Assembly (NCBI GenBank): GCA_958353395.1
Contig: CATWSG010000005.1
Coordinates: 6,985 to 70,984, forward strand
Direction of reading: 5' to 3'
Origin: an uncultured Collinsella sp.
Lineage (GTDB): Bacteria; Actinomycetota; Coriobacteriia; Coriobacteriales; Coriobacteriaceae
DNA: 64,000 bases
The stretch's first letter is position 1. Each line of letters starts with the position of its first letter. The notes under the pieces are model-generated. The model was not told the DNA's origin, searched no databases, and worked only from the letters and a program-made list of their open reading frames with translations. The translations under genes and the position numbers were made by a program. This document shows positions 1 through 10,113 of the stretch, piece by piece.

Positions 1-790
1 AGCGCTCGATACGCGCGTACTCGGCATCGTCCCCGCGGCCGCCCACAAGTACCAAGCCAGATGGGCGGACGCCATCGTCAATCGGCAATGACACAGCCCG
101 AACCAGCGACTCGACGCCCTTTTTAAAGCAAATCTTGCCCACGTACACAAGTGATCCCGGCTGCCTCACCACGCTTGCGTCGCGGCAGAAGACGCGATGG
201 TCGTAGCCCGCCCCAATCACGTGGATGCGATCGGCATCGACGCCGCACACCAGGCCAATCTGCTCAGCCTGCTCAGTATGGAGCGCAAAGACGGCATCGA
301 GCCGACGAACCGCGCGTACGATGCGATCGCGTTCGAGCGCATGCGAACGCAGCTGGCGCAGGTCGGTCGAATGGCACACGGCAACAACCGGAACCCCCCG
401 GACGCACTCGCGCGCCAATGCGGTCACCAGATACAGGTGATGGCAAAGCACCAGATCGGGCCGAAACTCAGCCACCGCCCGATCGATTGCAGCAGCAAAT
501 GCCCGCTCAAATGCCTTGAGCATCGAAGGCGTCAGGTCACGATAGCGTGTGGAGGGATAGGGCATGACATCGGACATACCGCAGATATGAAAGGGCAGCT
601 CAGGGGTTTCGAAGTCGACGGTATAGACGGGTACGCCCGTCGGGATGTCGCCCTGCGTGTCGCCCGGGGCGGCGCCGCAGAGGACGGCGGGCTCGCACCC
701 GGCTGCCAGCTGGGAGCGCACGAGCGCCGAAAGATACGTGCCGCTGCCCGTGCTGTCGGGCTTTTGGGCCGAGATGTTGAGGATGCGCAT
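1..790 (-). CDS. Glycosyltransferase family 4 (GT-B fold), runs off the window start
   Basis: Not in the ORF track because there is no stop inside the window. Manual translation from ATG at 790: MRILNISAQKPDSTGSGTYLSALV...FRPDLVLCHHLYL...VCHSTDLRQ...LVYVGKICFKKGVESLVRA, GT4-like motifs. Confidence 0.8.
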   Translation of the reverse strand, partial: MRILNISAQKPDSTGSGTYLSALVRSQLAAGCEPAVLCGAAPGDTQGDIPTGVPVYTVDFETPELPFHICGMSDVMPYPSTRYRDLTPSMLKAFERAFAAAIDRAVAEFRPDLVLCHHLYLVTALARECVRGVPVVAVCHSTDLRQLRSHALERDRIVRAVRRLDAVFALHTEQAEQIGLVCGVDADRIHVIGAGYDHRVFCRDASVVRQPGSLVYVGKICFKKGVESLVRAVSLPIDDGVRPSGLVLVGGRGDDAEYARIER

Positions 791-802
791 CGACAGGGCC
801 CC

Positions 803-1567
803 TTAAACCAGCGCCCGCGCGCGGACGGCAGCACCGATGGCCCCAGCAAAGCGCGCCTGAGGCGAGGTGATCACCGGCGACCCCAGTAGCTCGCCCAACC
901 GCTCCACCACGAAGGCGTTCTCGCACAGGCCACCGGTCAGGTAGTACGGGGCGCCCGCGGCCTGCCCGGCCATAGTCGCCACGCGCGAGACCACGCTGTC
1001 GATCACGCCACGCGCAATATTCTCGCGCGGCTCGCCGCGACCGATCAGGCTGATGACCTCACTTTCGGCAAAGACCGTGCACATGCTGCTAATCTTGGTG
1101 GGCTCGCCGGAACGCGCCAGGTCGGCCATCTGCTGCTGGGAAATGCCAAGGCGGTCGGCCATGATCTCCAAAAAGCGCCCCGTGCCGGCGGCGCACTTGT
1201 CGTTCATGGCAAACTTGGCCACGCGGCCACCCTTAAGTTGGATGACCTTGGTGTCCTGACCGCCCACGTCAATCACGGTGCCGTGGTCGCCAAACAGACG
1301 CACGGCACCGGTACCGTGGCAGGTAATCTCGGTCACGACCTTGTGCGCATAGGGAACGGCGACACGACCGTAGCCGGTCGCGATCACGCGCACGTCGTCG
1401 GTAGCCACGTCATAGCCGGCCGCTACCAGTGCCTCGCGCAGCCGCTCGGAAGCATCGACCGAGGAGAACCCGGTTGGTTGCACGCACGTCCACGCCACCG
1501 AACCCTCCCCGTCGACCACAGCGGCCTTAGCCGCCGTAGACCCGATATCGATCCCGATCCCTATCAT
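803..1567 (-). CDS. ATP-dependent activase of 2-hydroxyacyl-CoA dehydratase / DCCP reductase (HgdC/YjiL/BadF-G ASKHA family)
   Basis: GIDIGSTAAK, ATGYGR, EITCHG, VIDVGGQDTK, MNDKCAAGTGRFLE, SSMCTVFAESEVIS motifs. Confidence 0.93.
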   Translation of the reverse strand: MIGIGIDIGSTAAKAAVVDGEGSVAWTCVQPTGFSSVDASERLREALVAAGYDVATDDVRVIATGYGRVAVPYAHKVVTEITCHGTGAVRLFGDHGTVIDVGGQDTKVIQLKGGRVAKFAMNDKCAAGTGRFLEIMADRLGISQQQMADLARSGEPTKISSMCTVFAESEVISLIGRGEPRENIARGVIDSVVSRVATMAGQAAGAPYYLTGGLCENAFVVERLGELLGSPVITSPQARFAGAIGAAVRARALV

Positions 1568-1619
1568 GGCTCTCTTCCAATCTAAACATCAAAGGTAGCG
1601 GCGCGTTCAGGCGCCTTAG

Positions 1620-1728
1620 CTCTAGGTTTCACAGGTACCGGAGATTGCCCCGAAAGAGGAGCGCAGCGTACTTTGGGTACGCAAGCGACGGTTTGAGGGG
1701 CAAGATCCGGTGCCTGAGAAAGCTAGAG
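1620..1728. repeat. Long imperfect intergenic palindrome (family A, divergent copy)
   Basis: CTCTAGgTTTCaCAGGtACCGGA pairs with TCCGGTGCCTGAGAAAGCTAGAG; inner stems TTGCCCC/GGGGCAA and GCGTAC/GTACGC; contains GAAAGAGGAG like the 26.8-kb copy. Confidence 0.7.
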
Positions 1729-2886
1729 GGTTTCGATGAAGGCGGCGATGCGGGTCTCGATCTGGCCCATGTCGCCGTTGCTGTAGTCGGTCTCGATCTT
1801 CATGTACGGAATATCCGCACCCTCGACGGCCTCCTGCATGCGCGCACTCTCAACGTTGAAGGTGTGGCACGCCTGGAGCACGCTCTCCACCACGCCATCG
1901 ACATGATACTTCTCGCACATGGCCAGCGTGTTTTCCATACGGCCGTCGTTGGGCGTCATGACCGAGCAGTTGATATCCAGGTAGCGGTCGGCGATGGCGC
2001 GCAGGATATCGGGAGCCTCCGGATCGATCATCATGGCCGCCGTACGCTCGCCCGAGCAGTCGTCCATGCACACGACCACGCCGCCGTTGGACTCGATGGT
2101 GCGACCGATCTTGTTGATCACGCCGCCCACCGGGCAGCCGGTGATCAGAATGCGCTTGGCATCCGCCGCGACCGGGCGCTCGCCCGCGTCGTAGGCTTCG
2201 CGCAGCTTGGCAACCTTTTGCTCCAGCTGCTGCGTATAGGCCTCGATATCAAAGCTGAACGTGCCGGCAAACATGGTGCTCATCAGGTCGACGCCGCTCA
2301 TAGCCGCCGGCTGGTTGGCCTGCAGCGCAAACATGTCGAGCTGGGCCGCACGCAAGCGGTTGCGACGGCGCACGGCGGCGCGCAGGTCGTCATCGGTGAT
2401 CGTGATGCCGTAGAAGTTCTCAAGCTCCTCCTTGAGCAGGCGGCACTCCTCGTACCAGCCCTCACGCTCGTAGGCGCGATCGCGACCCTGCGGAAGATGC
2501 AGAATGTGCGTGCGCTTGAGCTCGTTGAGTAGCTCGTACATCTTCTTCTTGCCGTCGCAGGTGGTCTCGCCGATGATCATGTCGCTAAAGTACGTAAACG
2601 GGCACTTTTGCGAGTAGGCAAAACCGTACGTCGACTTGATGAGCGGGCACAGGTTTGCCGGCAGCACCTTCTCGGCCTCGGGAATCACCTCGTCGGATGT
2701 GCCGCACAAGGCCACACTTGCAGCGCCCGCGGCATCGATAATCTCGAGCGGCGTATAGCTACACAAAAAGCCGACCAGGCGATTACCGGCCTGTTTGTAA
2801 TCCTTGACGCGAATAAACGCCGCCTTGCGTTGCTCGTTGAACTCCTCAAACGTGCGCGGCAACGGCTGTTCCTCGATATCGGCCAT
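1723..2886 (-). CDS. 2-hydroxyacyl-CoA dehydratase subunit-D-like / double-cubane cluster protein (YjiM-like)
   Basis: [55 protein letters not shown] Cys motifs; start placed at MADIEE after AGAGGGG SD. Confidence 0.85.
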   Translation of the reverse strand: MADIEEQPLPRTFEEFNEQRKAAFIRVKDYKQAGNRLVGFLCSYTPLEIIDAAGAASVALCGTSDEVIPEAEKVLPANLCPLIKSTYGFAYSQKCPFTYFSDMIIGETTCDGKKKMYELLNELKRTHILHLPQGRDRAYEREGWYEECRLLKEELENFYGITITDDDLRAAVRRRNRLRAAQLDMFALQANQPAAMSGVDLMSTMFAGTFSFDIEAYTQQLEQKVAKLREAYDAGERPVAADAKRILITGCPVGGVINKIGRTIESNGGVVVCMDDCSGERTAAMMIDPEAPDILRAIADRYLDINCSVMTPNDGRMENTLAMCEKYHVDGVVESVLQACHTFNVESARMQEAVEGADIPYMKIETDYSNGDMGQIETRIAAFIETL

Positions 2887-2962
2887 AGTAGTTCCCCTCT
2901 CTTGCACCGATATACCGACAATTAAACAACGAACCCACGCCATACCCAAAAGGAAGCATCCT

Positions 2963-3748
2963 CTAGGGAATGGCGTCGATAAGCTCCTGCGTATACGGAT
3001 CGCTCGGGTGCGCGATCACGTCCTCGGCCGCGCCTTCCTCGACAAGACGACCGTGGTAGAGCACGCCAATCCGGTCGGACATATGCCGAACCACACGCAT
3101 ATCATGCGTGATAAACAGCAGCGCTACACCCGTCGTGCGCTGCAGGTCGCGAAGCAAGTTGAGCACTTGGGCCTGAACGGACACGTCAAGCGCCGAGACC
3201 GGCTCGTCGCATACCACAAGGCGCGGCTCGCAAATAAGCGCCCGTGCCAGATTGAGTCGCTGACGCTGTCCCCCCGAAAGGTCATGCGGATAGCGGTCAT
3301 AATGCTCTGCCAGAAGACCGACCGAGGTCAGGGCCGAGAGCGCGCGCCCATGGCGCTCATCCGCATCGCGCACGCCGGCGATAATCAGCGGCTCCTCCAA
3401 AATGCGGCCGACACGGTTGCGCGGGTCAAAAGCCGTGGAGCTATCCTGGAATACCAGCTGGATCTCGCGGCGAAACGACTTGCGTTCGCGCTCCGACATC
3501 GTGGCGAGGTCGTGCCCGCGATAGACAATCGAGCCGGAATCCGCACGCTCGAGACCACAGATCAAGCGTCCAGTCGTCGACTTGCCCGATCCGGATTCGC
3601 CAACCAGGCCATAGACCTCGCCCGGCGCGATCTCAAACGACAGATCGTCCACGGCGGTAAAGGCCTGACGCTTAAAACCTGAGCCCGGCATGGGATACGC
3701 TTTAGTCAGATGTGAGACCCTAAGCAGGGCTTCGCTATCAACAGCCAT
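2963..3748 (-). CDS. Oligopeptide/nickel-type ABC transporter ATP-binding subunit (OppF/DppF-like)
   Basis: GESGSGKS Walker A, LSGGQRQR signature, CDEPVSALD. Confidence 0.93.
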   Translation of the reverse strand: MAVDSEALLRVSHLTKAYPMPGSGFKRQAFTAVDDLSFEIAPGEVYGLVGESGSGKSTTGRLICGLERADSGSIVYRGHDLATMSERERKSFRREIQLVFQDSSTAFDPRNRVGRILEEPLIIAGVRDADERHGRALSALTSVGLLAEHYDRYPHDLSGGQRQRLNLARALICEPRLVVCDEPVSALDVSVQAQVLNLLRDLQRTTGVALLFITHDMRVVRHMSDRIGVLYHGRLVEEGAAEDVIAHPSDPYTQELIDAIP

Positions 3749-4733
3749 GGCACTCCCCTTTCTCGACAAGCCAGCATTTAGACCGGTCGCACGCATTCAC
3801 GGCAACCAGCGGAGGCTCCTGCGCGCGGCAACGCTCGTCCGCCCGGGCGCAACGAGGCGCAAAGCGACATCCGCAGGGTATTGCCGTAAGCGGCGGCACT
3901 GTGCCCGGAATATCCGCCAGCGTGTCAACTCGCTCGCCTTCGAGCGGCGGAATGCTCGCGATAAGCCCCTGGGCATACGGGTGGCTCGGGCGCTCCATAA
4001 GGCCGCAGGCGTCGATCTCTTCTACGATTTGGCCCAGATACATGACGTGTACGCGCGAGCAGATGCTCGTGACGACACCCAAATCATGGCTGATAAAAAG
4101 CACCGCCATGCCCTCGGAACTGTTGAGGTCGCGCAGAAGGTCCAAAATCTGTTTTTGAGTCGTCGTGTCGAGTGCCGTGGTGGGCTCGTCGGCGATAAGC
4201 AGGCGTGGGTGCCCGGCGAGCGCCATGGCAATCATCACGCGCTGGCGCATACCGCCGCTAAAATCGCCCGGATACATGTCAAAGCGAGCCGCGGCATCTC
4301 GAATTCCCACACGCTCCAACAGCGATAGAGCCTCGTTGCGGGCTTCGCGTCGGCTCACCTTACGGTGGGCCCGCACGGCCTCGACGACCTGGGCCCCGAC
4401 CGTCATGACGGGGTTAAGCGAGCTCAAAGGGTCCTGGAAAATCATGGCGATGTCGCAGCCGCGCACCTTGCGCATCGTCTTGAGCGGACACGCCAGCAGA
4501 TCCTCGCCATCAAACACAATCTGGCCCTCATAGGCCATCTTCTGTTCATGCTCCAATAGGCGCATGACACTCTGTGCAAACACCGACTTACCGCAGCCGG
4601 ACTCGCCGACAACACCAACGATCTCGCCGGCATCGATATGTAGGTTGAGTTTGTTGACGGCTTCCAGCGCGTTGCCATCGCGGCCCACAAACGAGATGCA
4701 GAGGTCGCGCACGTCCAAAAGATGCTGAGCCAT
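3738..4733 (-). CDS. Oligopeptide/nickel-type ABC transporter ATP-binding subunit (OppD/DppD-like)
   Basis: GESGCGKS, FSGGMRQR, ADEPTTALD, HPY and C-terminal GCRFAPRC Cys motif. Confidence 0.93.
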   Translation of the reverse strand: MAQHLLDVRDLCISFVGRDGNALEAVNKLNLHIDAGEIVGVVGESGCGKSVFAQSVMRLLEHEQKMAYEGQIVFDGEDLLACPLKTMRKVRGCDIAMIFQDPLSSLNPVMTVGAQVVEAVRAHRKVSRREARNEALSLLERVGIRDAAARFDMYPGDFSGGMRQRVMIAMALAGHPRLLIADEPTTALDTTTQKQILDLLRDLNSSEGMAVLFISHDLGVVTSICSRVHVMYLGQIVEEIDACGLMERPSHPYAQGLIASIPPLEGERVDTLADIPGTVPPLTAIPCGCRFAPRCARADERCRAQEPPLVAVNACDRSKCWLVEKGECHGC

Positions 4734-4736
4734 GGG

Positions 4737-5567
4737 CTAGTCCTCCTTGGTCTTGGGGTCGAGGGCGTCGCGCAGGCCGTCGCCGGCAAGGTTCAGCGAA
4801 AGCACGCTCGCGATGATGGCCGCTGCCGGGAAGAAGATCATCCACCAGGCTTTGCGCATCACGTTCTTGCCCGCCTGCAGGATGTTTCCCCAGCTGGCGT
4901 CGGGCGCCTTGATACCCAGGCCCAGAAACGAGAGGGCGGCCTCCGAGAGCACGGCCTCGGCAAAGACGAAGGTCGCCTGCACCAGGAAGGGTGCCATAAC
5001 GTTGGGTACGATATGCAGCCACACGATGCGCGCGGTCGAGGCGCCCTGCACGCGCAGGGCCTCCACAAAGGGTTCCTCCTTGACCACCATCGCACGCGAG
5101 CGCACGATGCGCGCCATGCTGGGCGTATAGACGATGGAGAGCGCGATGATGACGTTCCAGACCGAGGCGCCCATCATGGCCATGAGCGCGATAGCCAAAA
5201 GCACGCCAGGAATGGACATAAGGCCGTCGCAGATGCGCATGAGAATATGATCGAGCCTCTCGTTGTAGCACGCATAGGCGCCGATCACCAAGCCGAGCGC
5301 ACTCGTCGCGAGCGTGACGGCAATGCCAACGCCAAGCGACACGCGCGCGCCCGCGATGACGCGGGCAAGCAGGTCACGGCCAAAGTCATCGCAGCCAAAG
5401 GGATGCGCGGGCGAAGGTGCCGAAAGTCGCAACGTCATCTCCTGCGCATTGGGATTAACCGTCCACACCAGCGGACCGACGAGCGCGATCGGCGCAATCG
5501 CCAGGAAAATGCAGCCGCCGACCACAAACCCCTTGTTGGCAAGAGCCTTCTTAACGTTTGCCATCAT
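4737..5567 (-). CDS. ABC transporter permease (OppC/DppC-like)
   Basis: HPFGCDDFGRDLLARV, EAALSFLGLG; start overlaps the upstream stop (ATGA). Confidence 0.92.
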   Translation of the reverse strand: MMANVKKALANKGFVVGGCIFLAIAPIALVGPLVWTVNPNAQEMTLRLSAPSPAHPFGCDDFGRDLLARVIAGARVSLGVGIAVTLATSALGLVIGAYACYNERLDHILMRICDGLMSIPGVLLAIALMAMMGASVWNVIIALSIVYTPSMARIVRSRAMVVKEEPFVEALRVQGASTARIVWLHIVPNVMAPFLVQATFVFAEAVLSEAALSFLGLGIKAPDASWGNILQAGKNVMRKAWWMIFFPAAAIIASVLSLNLAGDGLRDALDPKTKED

Positions 5568-6517
5568 GCATCGCCCCATTTGCGAGCGCGCGGGTCAAAA
5601 GCGCCGTAGGCAAGGTCGACGACCAGATTGATCACCGAATTCAACAAGGCGATGACCAGCAGCACGCCCTGAATCACCGGATAGTCGCGACGCTCGATAG
5701 AGCTCGTGACCAGCTGGCCCAAACCGGGGATGTTAAAAATGGCCTCAGTCACCACGGCACCCGTAATCAGGGCGCCAAAAGAATAGCCGACCGAGGTGAG
5801 AATCGGCAGCGCTGCGTTGCGCAGGGCATGGGCCAGCACGACGCGAACCTCGGAGACGCCCTTGGCACGCGCCGTCTTGACGCAGTCGAGTTGCATGGCC
5901 TCGATCACGCTCGAACGGGTCATGCGCATGAGCAGGGCCGCCTGCACACATCCAAGCGATATGGCCGGCAACGCAAGATAGCGTAAATGGCTGAACCAAC
6001 CCTTCGATAGCGGCGCATAGCCGGCCACCGGGAACACACGCAACGTGACGGCAAACAGCCACATAAGCATGAGCGCCATCAAAAAGCCGGGTATCGCCAC
6101 GCCCAAAAGAGCAACGACACGCAAGACCGCGTCGGTGCGCGACCCATGTTTGAGGGCGGCGACGACGCCGCAGGGCAGTGCAATCAACAGCGCGATGAGC
6201 TGTGCCAGAAGCGCGAGCGATAGCGTGGGGCCAAAGTGCTCGGCGATCGCCTGCGTGACGGGCTGGCGCATAAAATACGAATCGCCCAGGTCGCCGGTAA
6301 GCACGCCGCCCATCCACTCAACGTAGCGCTGCGGCAGCGGCTCGTTGAGTCCCAGGCTATCGTTGACGCGCTCGATCTGGTCGGCCGAAGCCTCCATGCC
6401 GAGCATCGAAGAAGCCGGGTCACCCGGTGTGAGATAGATAATCAAAAACACGACGAACGAGATGATGAGCATCACCGGAACCATCGCGCCTATACGTTTG
6501 AGCGTGTACTTCAACAT
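5564..6517 (-). CDS. ABC transporter permease (OppB/DppB-like)
   Basis: PGDPA, GDLGDS, TARAKG, HALRNA, RDYPVIQG. Confidence 0.93.
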   Translation of the reverse strand: MLKYTLKRIGAMVPVMLIISFVVFLIIYLTPGDPASSMLGMEASADQIERVNDSLGLNEPLPQRYVEWMGGVLTGDLGDSYFMRQPVTQAIAEHFGPTLSLALLAQLIALLIALPCGVVAALKHGSRTDAVLRVVALLGVAIPGFLMALMLMWLFAVTLRVFPVAGYAPLSKGWFSHLRYLALPAISLGCVQAALLMRMTRSSVIEAMQLDCVKTARAKGVSEVRVVLAHALRNAALPILTSVGYSFGALITGAVVTEAIFNIPGLGQLVTSSIERRDYPVIQGVLLVIALLNSVINLVVDLAYGAFDPRARKWGDA

Positions 6518-6605
6518 GCGAGGCGTCTATTTCCCCTCTGAACGTGGACAGGGCGTGGCAGCCACAGGCGACCAGATCCCTCAAGCCGCCACGCCATCTA
6601 TTGCA

Positions 6606-8216
6606 TTACTCCGGACGCTTGGCATTCCAAACGATGGCGCCGTCGAGCACCTCGACGTCCTCGACGTCTGCCTGGGTGCCCGTGATGGAAGCGTAGTGGC
6701 AAAGCGGCTCGATGACGGCGATCTCATAGAGGCGCTCCTGAGCCTCGGCCCACTTCTTGGCCGCGGCGTCGGTGTCCTTGGCGGTGCGGGTCTCGGCCAC
6801 GAGCTTGAGCGCCTTCTCGTCGGACAGGCCATAGAAGGCCTTGGAGACCGAGAGGGACTGGGCCGGGATGGGCTTGTAGTTGGTGGAGGCCACAAAGAGG
6901 TCCCACTGCTCAGGCTTGCTGGAGCGGATGTCCATAAAGGTCGCGAACTCGTAGCTGTCGACCTCGGCGGTGAAGCCGGCCTTCTCGAGCTGCTCCTGCA
7001 GCGCGACGGTAGCGTTGTACATATCCTTGTAGTCGGGGGTGGTCAGCAGCTTGACCGTCTCACCGGCATAGGAGGTCTTGGCCAGAGCCTTCTTGGCGGC
7101 CTTGGCGTCGGCCTGGTTGAAATACTTCTTGCCCGCGTCGGTCGCCCACTGAGTGTTCTCGGGGTTGCCAAGGTTGGGATCGATGTTGAAGAGCTCCTTC
7201 TCGCCATAGGCGGCAAGAGCGGCCGCCTCGCAGTCGATAGCCATGAGGGCGCACTTGCGAATCTCCTCGTCGGCGAAGATGCCCTCGTTCATGTTGAGGA
7301 AGGCGGTCAGAACGCCGGCGTTATGGGTGTAGAGCTTGACGTCGTCGTTGCCGTCGAAGTCGTGGTAGTTCTCGGTGGGGATCTCGCCAGCGATATCGTA
7401 CTCGCCGGTCTCAAACCCGCTCACGCGCGTAGAGGCCTCGGTCACGAACTGATAGTAGATGTCCTTGGTGGGCGCGGAGACCTTGCCGGTGTAGCCCGAA
7501 GCCTTGCCGTGAGCGGCGACATAGTCCTCGTAGCGGGTGAGATGGACGTACTGGTCCTGCTTCCACTCCACAAACTTGTAGGCACCGGTACCCACGTACT
7601 CGGTCACGCCGGTATCGCCCGCGGCCTCGATGACCTCGGAGGGGAAGATACCCGGATACTGGGAGTGGTTGCCCAGGATGATCAGAAAGTCGATGGCGGG
7701 CTCGGTCAGCGTGCAGGTGACCTCGTGGTCGCCCGAGGCGGCGAAAGTGGCGCCGGGCAGCAGGCTCGCGGCGCGGTCGTTGACGGTAAGCCAGCGGTTC
7801 ATCGAGGCCACGACGTCCTCGGAGCCAAGCTCCTTGCCGTTGTGGAAGGTGACACCCTCGCGCAGCTTGATGGTGTAGGTCAGGCCGTCATCGGAGACCT
7901 CATAGCCCTTGGCCAGCACGGGCTGGGGCTCGTAGTCGCTATCGAGGCCAAAGAGCGGCTCGACGACGTTGCAGATGATGTCCATGGTCACAAGCGACGA
8001 CGTGGCGTGCGGATCGAGACCGTCCGGGCTCGCCGGTAACGCGATCTGCAGCTCGTCGCGATACTCCACATCCTGGCCGGAGGCAGCGGCGCTACCGCTC
8101 TCGGCGCCCGAGCCGCCGCAGCCGGTGAGGCCGAGGCCCGCCATGACGCACAGGGCAGCGGAGCCGGTCAGAAAACCGCGACGGGAAACGCCCGCCTTGA
8201 AAAGGTCGTTGTTCAT
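6606..8216 (-). CDS. ABC transporter substrate-binding lipoprotein, family 5, twin-arginine signal
   Basis: SRRGFL Tat motif, LTGC lipobox, LDPH, YTIKLREGVTFHNG, GTGAYKF. Confidence 0.92.
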   Translation of the reverse strand: MNNDLFKAGVSRRGFLTGSAALCVMAGLGLTGCGGSGAESGSAAASGQDVEYRDELQIALPASPDGLDPHATSSLVTMDIICNVVEPLFGLDSDYEPQPVLAKGYEVSDDGLTYTIKLREGVTFHNGKELGSEDVVASMNRWLTVNDRAASLLPGATFAASGDHEVTCTLTEPAIDFLIILGNHSQYPGIFPSEVIEAAGDTGVTEYVGTGAYKFVEWKQDQYVHLTRYEDYVAAHGKASGYTGKVSAPTKDIYYQFVTEASTRVSGFETGEYDIAGEIPTENYHDFDGNDDVKLYTHNAGVLTAFLNMNEGIFADEEIRKCALMAIDCEAAALAAYGEKELFNIDPNLGNPENTQWATDAGKKYFNQADAKAAKKALAKTSYAGETVKLLTTPDYKDMYNATVALQEQLEKAGFTAEVDSYEFATFMDIRSSKPEQWDLFVASTNYKPIPAQSLSVSKAFYGLSDEKALKLVAETRTAKDTDAAAKKWAEAQERLYEIAVIEPLCHYASITGTQADVEDVEVLDGAIVWNAKRPE

Positions 8217-8400
8217 TGAGTTCCTTTCGTGTCTGAACAAACGGATAGAATCTGCCGGGACGGCAGAAATCCCCGCCCCGGCAACTATGCGAAGCCGGTC
8301 GGCGCCCTGCGGTGCATCCGGACACCAACCGGCATGACAACAGAGAAATCCCTATCGCGTGGATAGGAACACCCGGCGGCGCAGCTTAGCGCAGGTGCGG

Positions 8401-9684
8401 CTAAATCGTCTCGAGGAAGGCCTCGATGCGGGTCTGGAGCTGACCGGCATCCTCGCCGGCGTAGTCGGTCGTGATATGCATAAACGGAATGCCGGCCTCC
8501 TCGGCGGCCTTCTCCACGGCAAACGACTCCATCTCGTAGAGCGTGCAGAACTGCAGGGCCACGTCGACGATACCGTCGGCATGCAGGTCCTTGGCCATCT
8601 GGACAATGTCCTTCATACGCTGGTCGTTGGGCGTAAAGACAGCGCAGTTGATCTTAAAGTAGCGCTCGGCGATGGCGTCGAGCATCTCGTCGACCGTCTC
8701 GCCGGACTCGTCGACCAGATCCTTGTAGTAGCGCGAGCCCGTGCAGGACTCCTCGCCCACCACGACGCCGCCGGCCTTCTCGATGAGGTTGAATAGCTTC
8801 CAGTTGGGCACGGCCATGGGCGTGCCGGTGTACAGGATGCGCTTGGTCCCCTTGGGCGCCACGCCCTCGCCGGCCTCGACACGCTGCTCGCACTCAGCCG
8901 CCATATCGTTGATGGCTCCGGTCAGACGCGGCGTGTCGTCCATAAAGGCGGCCTGAACGGTCAGCAGGCTGTCGAGACCGCTGATGGGCGCCGGGTCGGC
9001 AGCGCGCGTGGCAGCGAGGCGCTGCAGGGCGCGACGCTTCTCATTGACGGCGTGAATGGCGGCCTTCAGACGCTCGGGCGTAATCTTGACGCCGCACTCT
9101 TCCTCGATCTTGGCGGCGAGCTTCTTGACCTCGGCCTTCCAGGTCACGAGCGTCGACTCGTCGTGCACGTTGGGAATATCCATGACGTACATATTCTTTT
9201 GCGTGGCAAAGAACTCGTAGGCCTTCTTCTTGCCATCGCAGGTGTTCTCGCCTACCACCAGGTCGCTCGACTCGATGTAGGGGCAGACCTCGCCCAGCTT
9301 AAAGCCGGCAAAGCTCTTAATGAGCGGACAGGTGTTGCGCGGCAGGTGCTCCTCGACCTTATCGGTTGCCCAGTCGGCACCCGAGCACAGGCCCACAGGG
9401 ATACCGTCGCAGGCGAGCACGATCTCCTCGGGCACGTAGACGCAGAAGCTGCCAACAATCTTGGTGGCCTCGCCGGCCTCCTTCTTGTCGAGCATCTCCT
9501 TAATACGGCCGCTGTGGATGTTGGTGGCGACAAAATCCAGGTAGGACGTGGACTTGGGGCGATTGTTCTGCGTCAGGAACATATCGCCGTACATCTGGCC
9601 CACGGCGCCCAGCAGCATGTCGTGGTCGGCAAGATTCATGCCGAGACTCTCCCACATCGGATGGAAATCGAATTCTTCAGCCAT
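8401..9684 (-). CDS. Double-cubane-cluster-containing anaerobic reductase (DCCP-like; 2-hydroxyacyl-CoA dehydratase family)
   Basis: FCVYVPEE, LCSG, NTCPLIKS, VCPY, ENTCDGKKK, EESCTGSRY, INCAVFTPN, QFCTLY Cys motifs. Confidence 0.85.
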   Translation of the reverse strand: MAEEFDFHPMWESLGMNLADHDMLLGAVGQMYGDMFLTQNNRPKSTSYLDFVATNIHSGRIKEMLDKKEAGEATKIVGSFCVYVPEEIVLACDGIPVGLCSGADWATDKVEEHLPRNTCPLIKSFAGFKLGEVCPYIESSDLVVGENTCDGKKKAYEFFATQKNMYVMDIPNVHDESTLVTWKAEVKKLAAKIEEECGVKITPERLKAAIHAVNEKRRALQRLAATRAADPAPISGLDSLLTVQAAFMDDTPRLTGAINDMAAECEQRVEAGEGVAPKGTKRILYTGTPMAVPNWKLFNLIEKAGGVVVGEESCTGSRYYKDLVDESGETVDEMLDAIAERYFKINCAVFTPNDQRMKDIVQMAKDLHADGIVDVALQFCTLYEMESFAVEKAAEEAGIPFMHITTDYAGEDAGQLQTRIEAFLETI

Positions 9685-9843
9685 GACGGTTCCCCTCTCG
9701 AACCAAAAACGGATAACGGCGGTATCGATGCACGACGGACGGCGATTGCCCGGCCGTGCTCAAACCCGGAATTTTAGGGAACCTGCCTTGCGGACGGTTA
9801 TTTAGTTGTGCGTCGTCTCTCCCGGAGCCGTGAACATACCTGC

Positions 9844-9912
9844 TCATATGCGGCTCCGAGCCATATACAGGGCACGCGCGGCAACGCGGCGAATATATGT
9901 CGTCTGCGGCAT
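9844..9912 (-). CDS. Putative 22-aa upstream leader peptide MPQTTYIRRVAARALYMARSRI
   Basis: Strong SD AAAGGAGG about 8 nt before ATG (9912); TGA at 9844-9846 lies between inverted arms CGGAGCCG/CGGCTCCG. Confidence 0.4.
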   Translation of the reverse strand: MPQTTYIRRVAARALYMARSRI

Positions 9913-10113
9913 GTGCGCACCCTCCTTTACAAGTTAAGGTCAACTATATCAACGGTTGTCGTCCAGACGAACACCGCCGACATGCGTACGACAGCGTCGT
10001 GTGCCGTCGTTTAATAAATAATTATCTTAATTGATAAGAGTTTGTCATCCTTCATTCGGCGAGCGGCAAGACAAAGCCGCCGAGGCTTATATCCCCGACG
10101 GCATTACCCGGCG

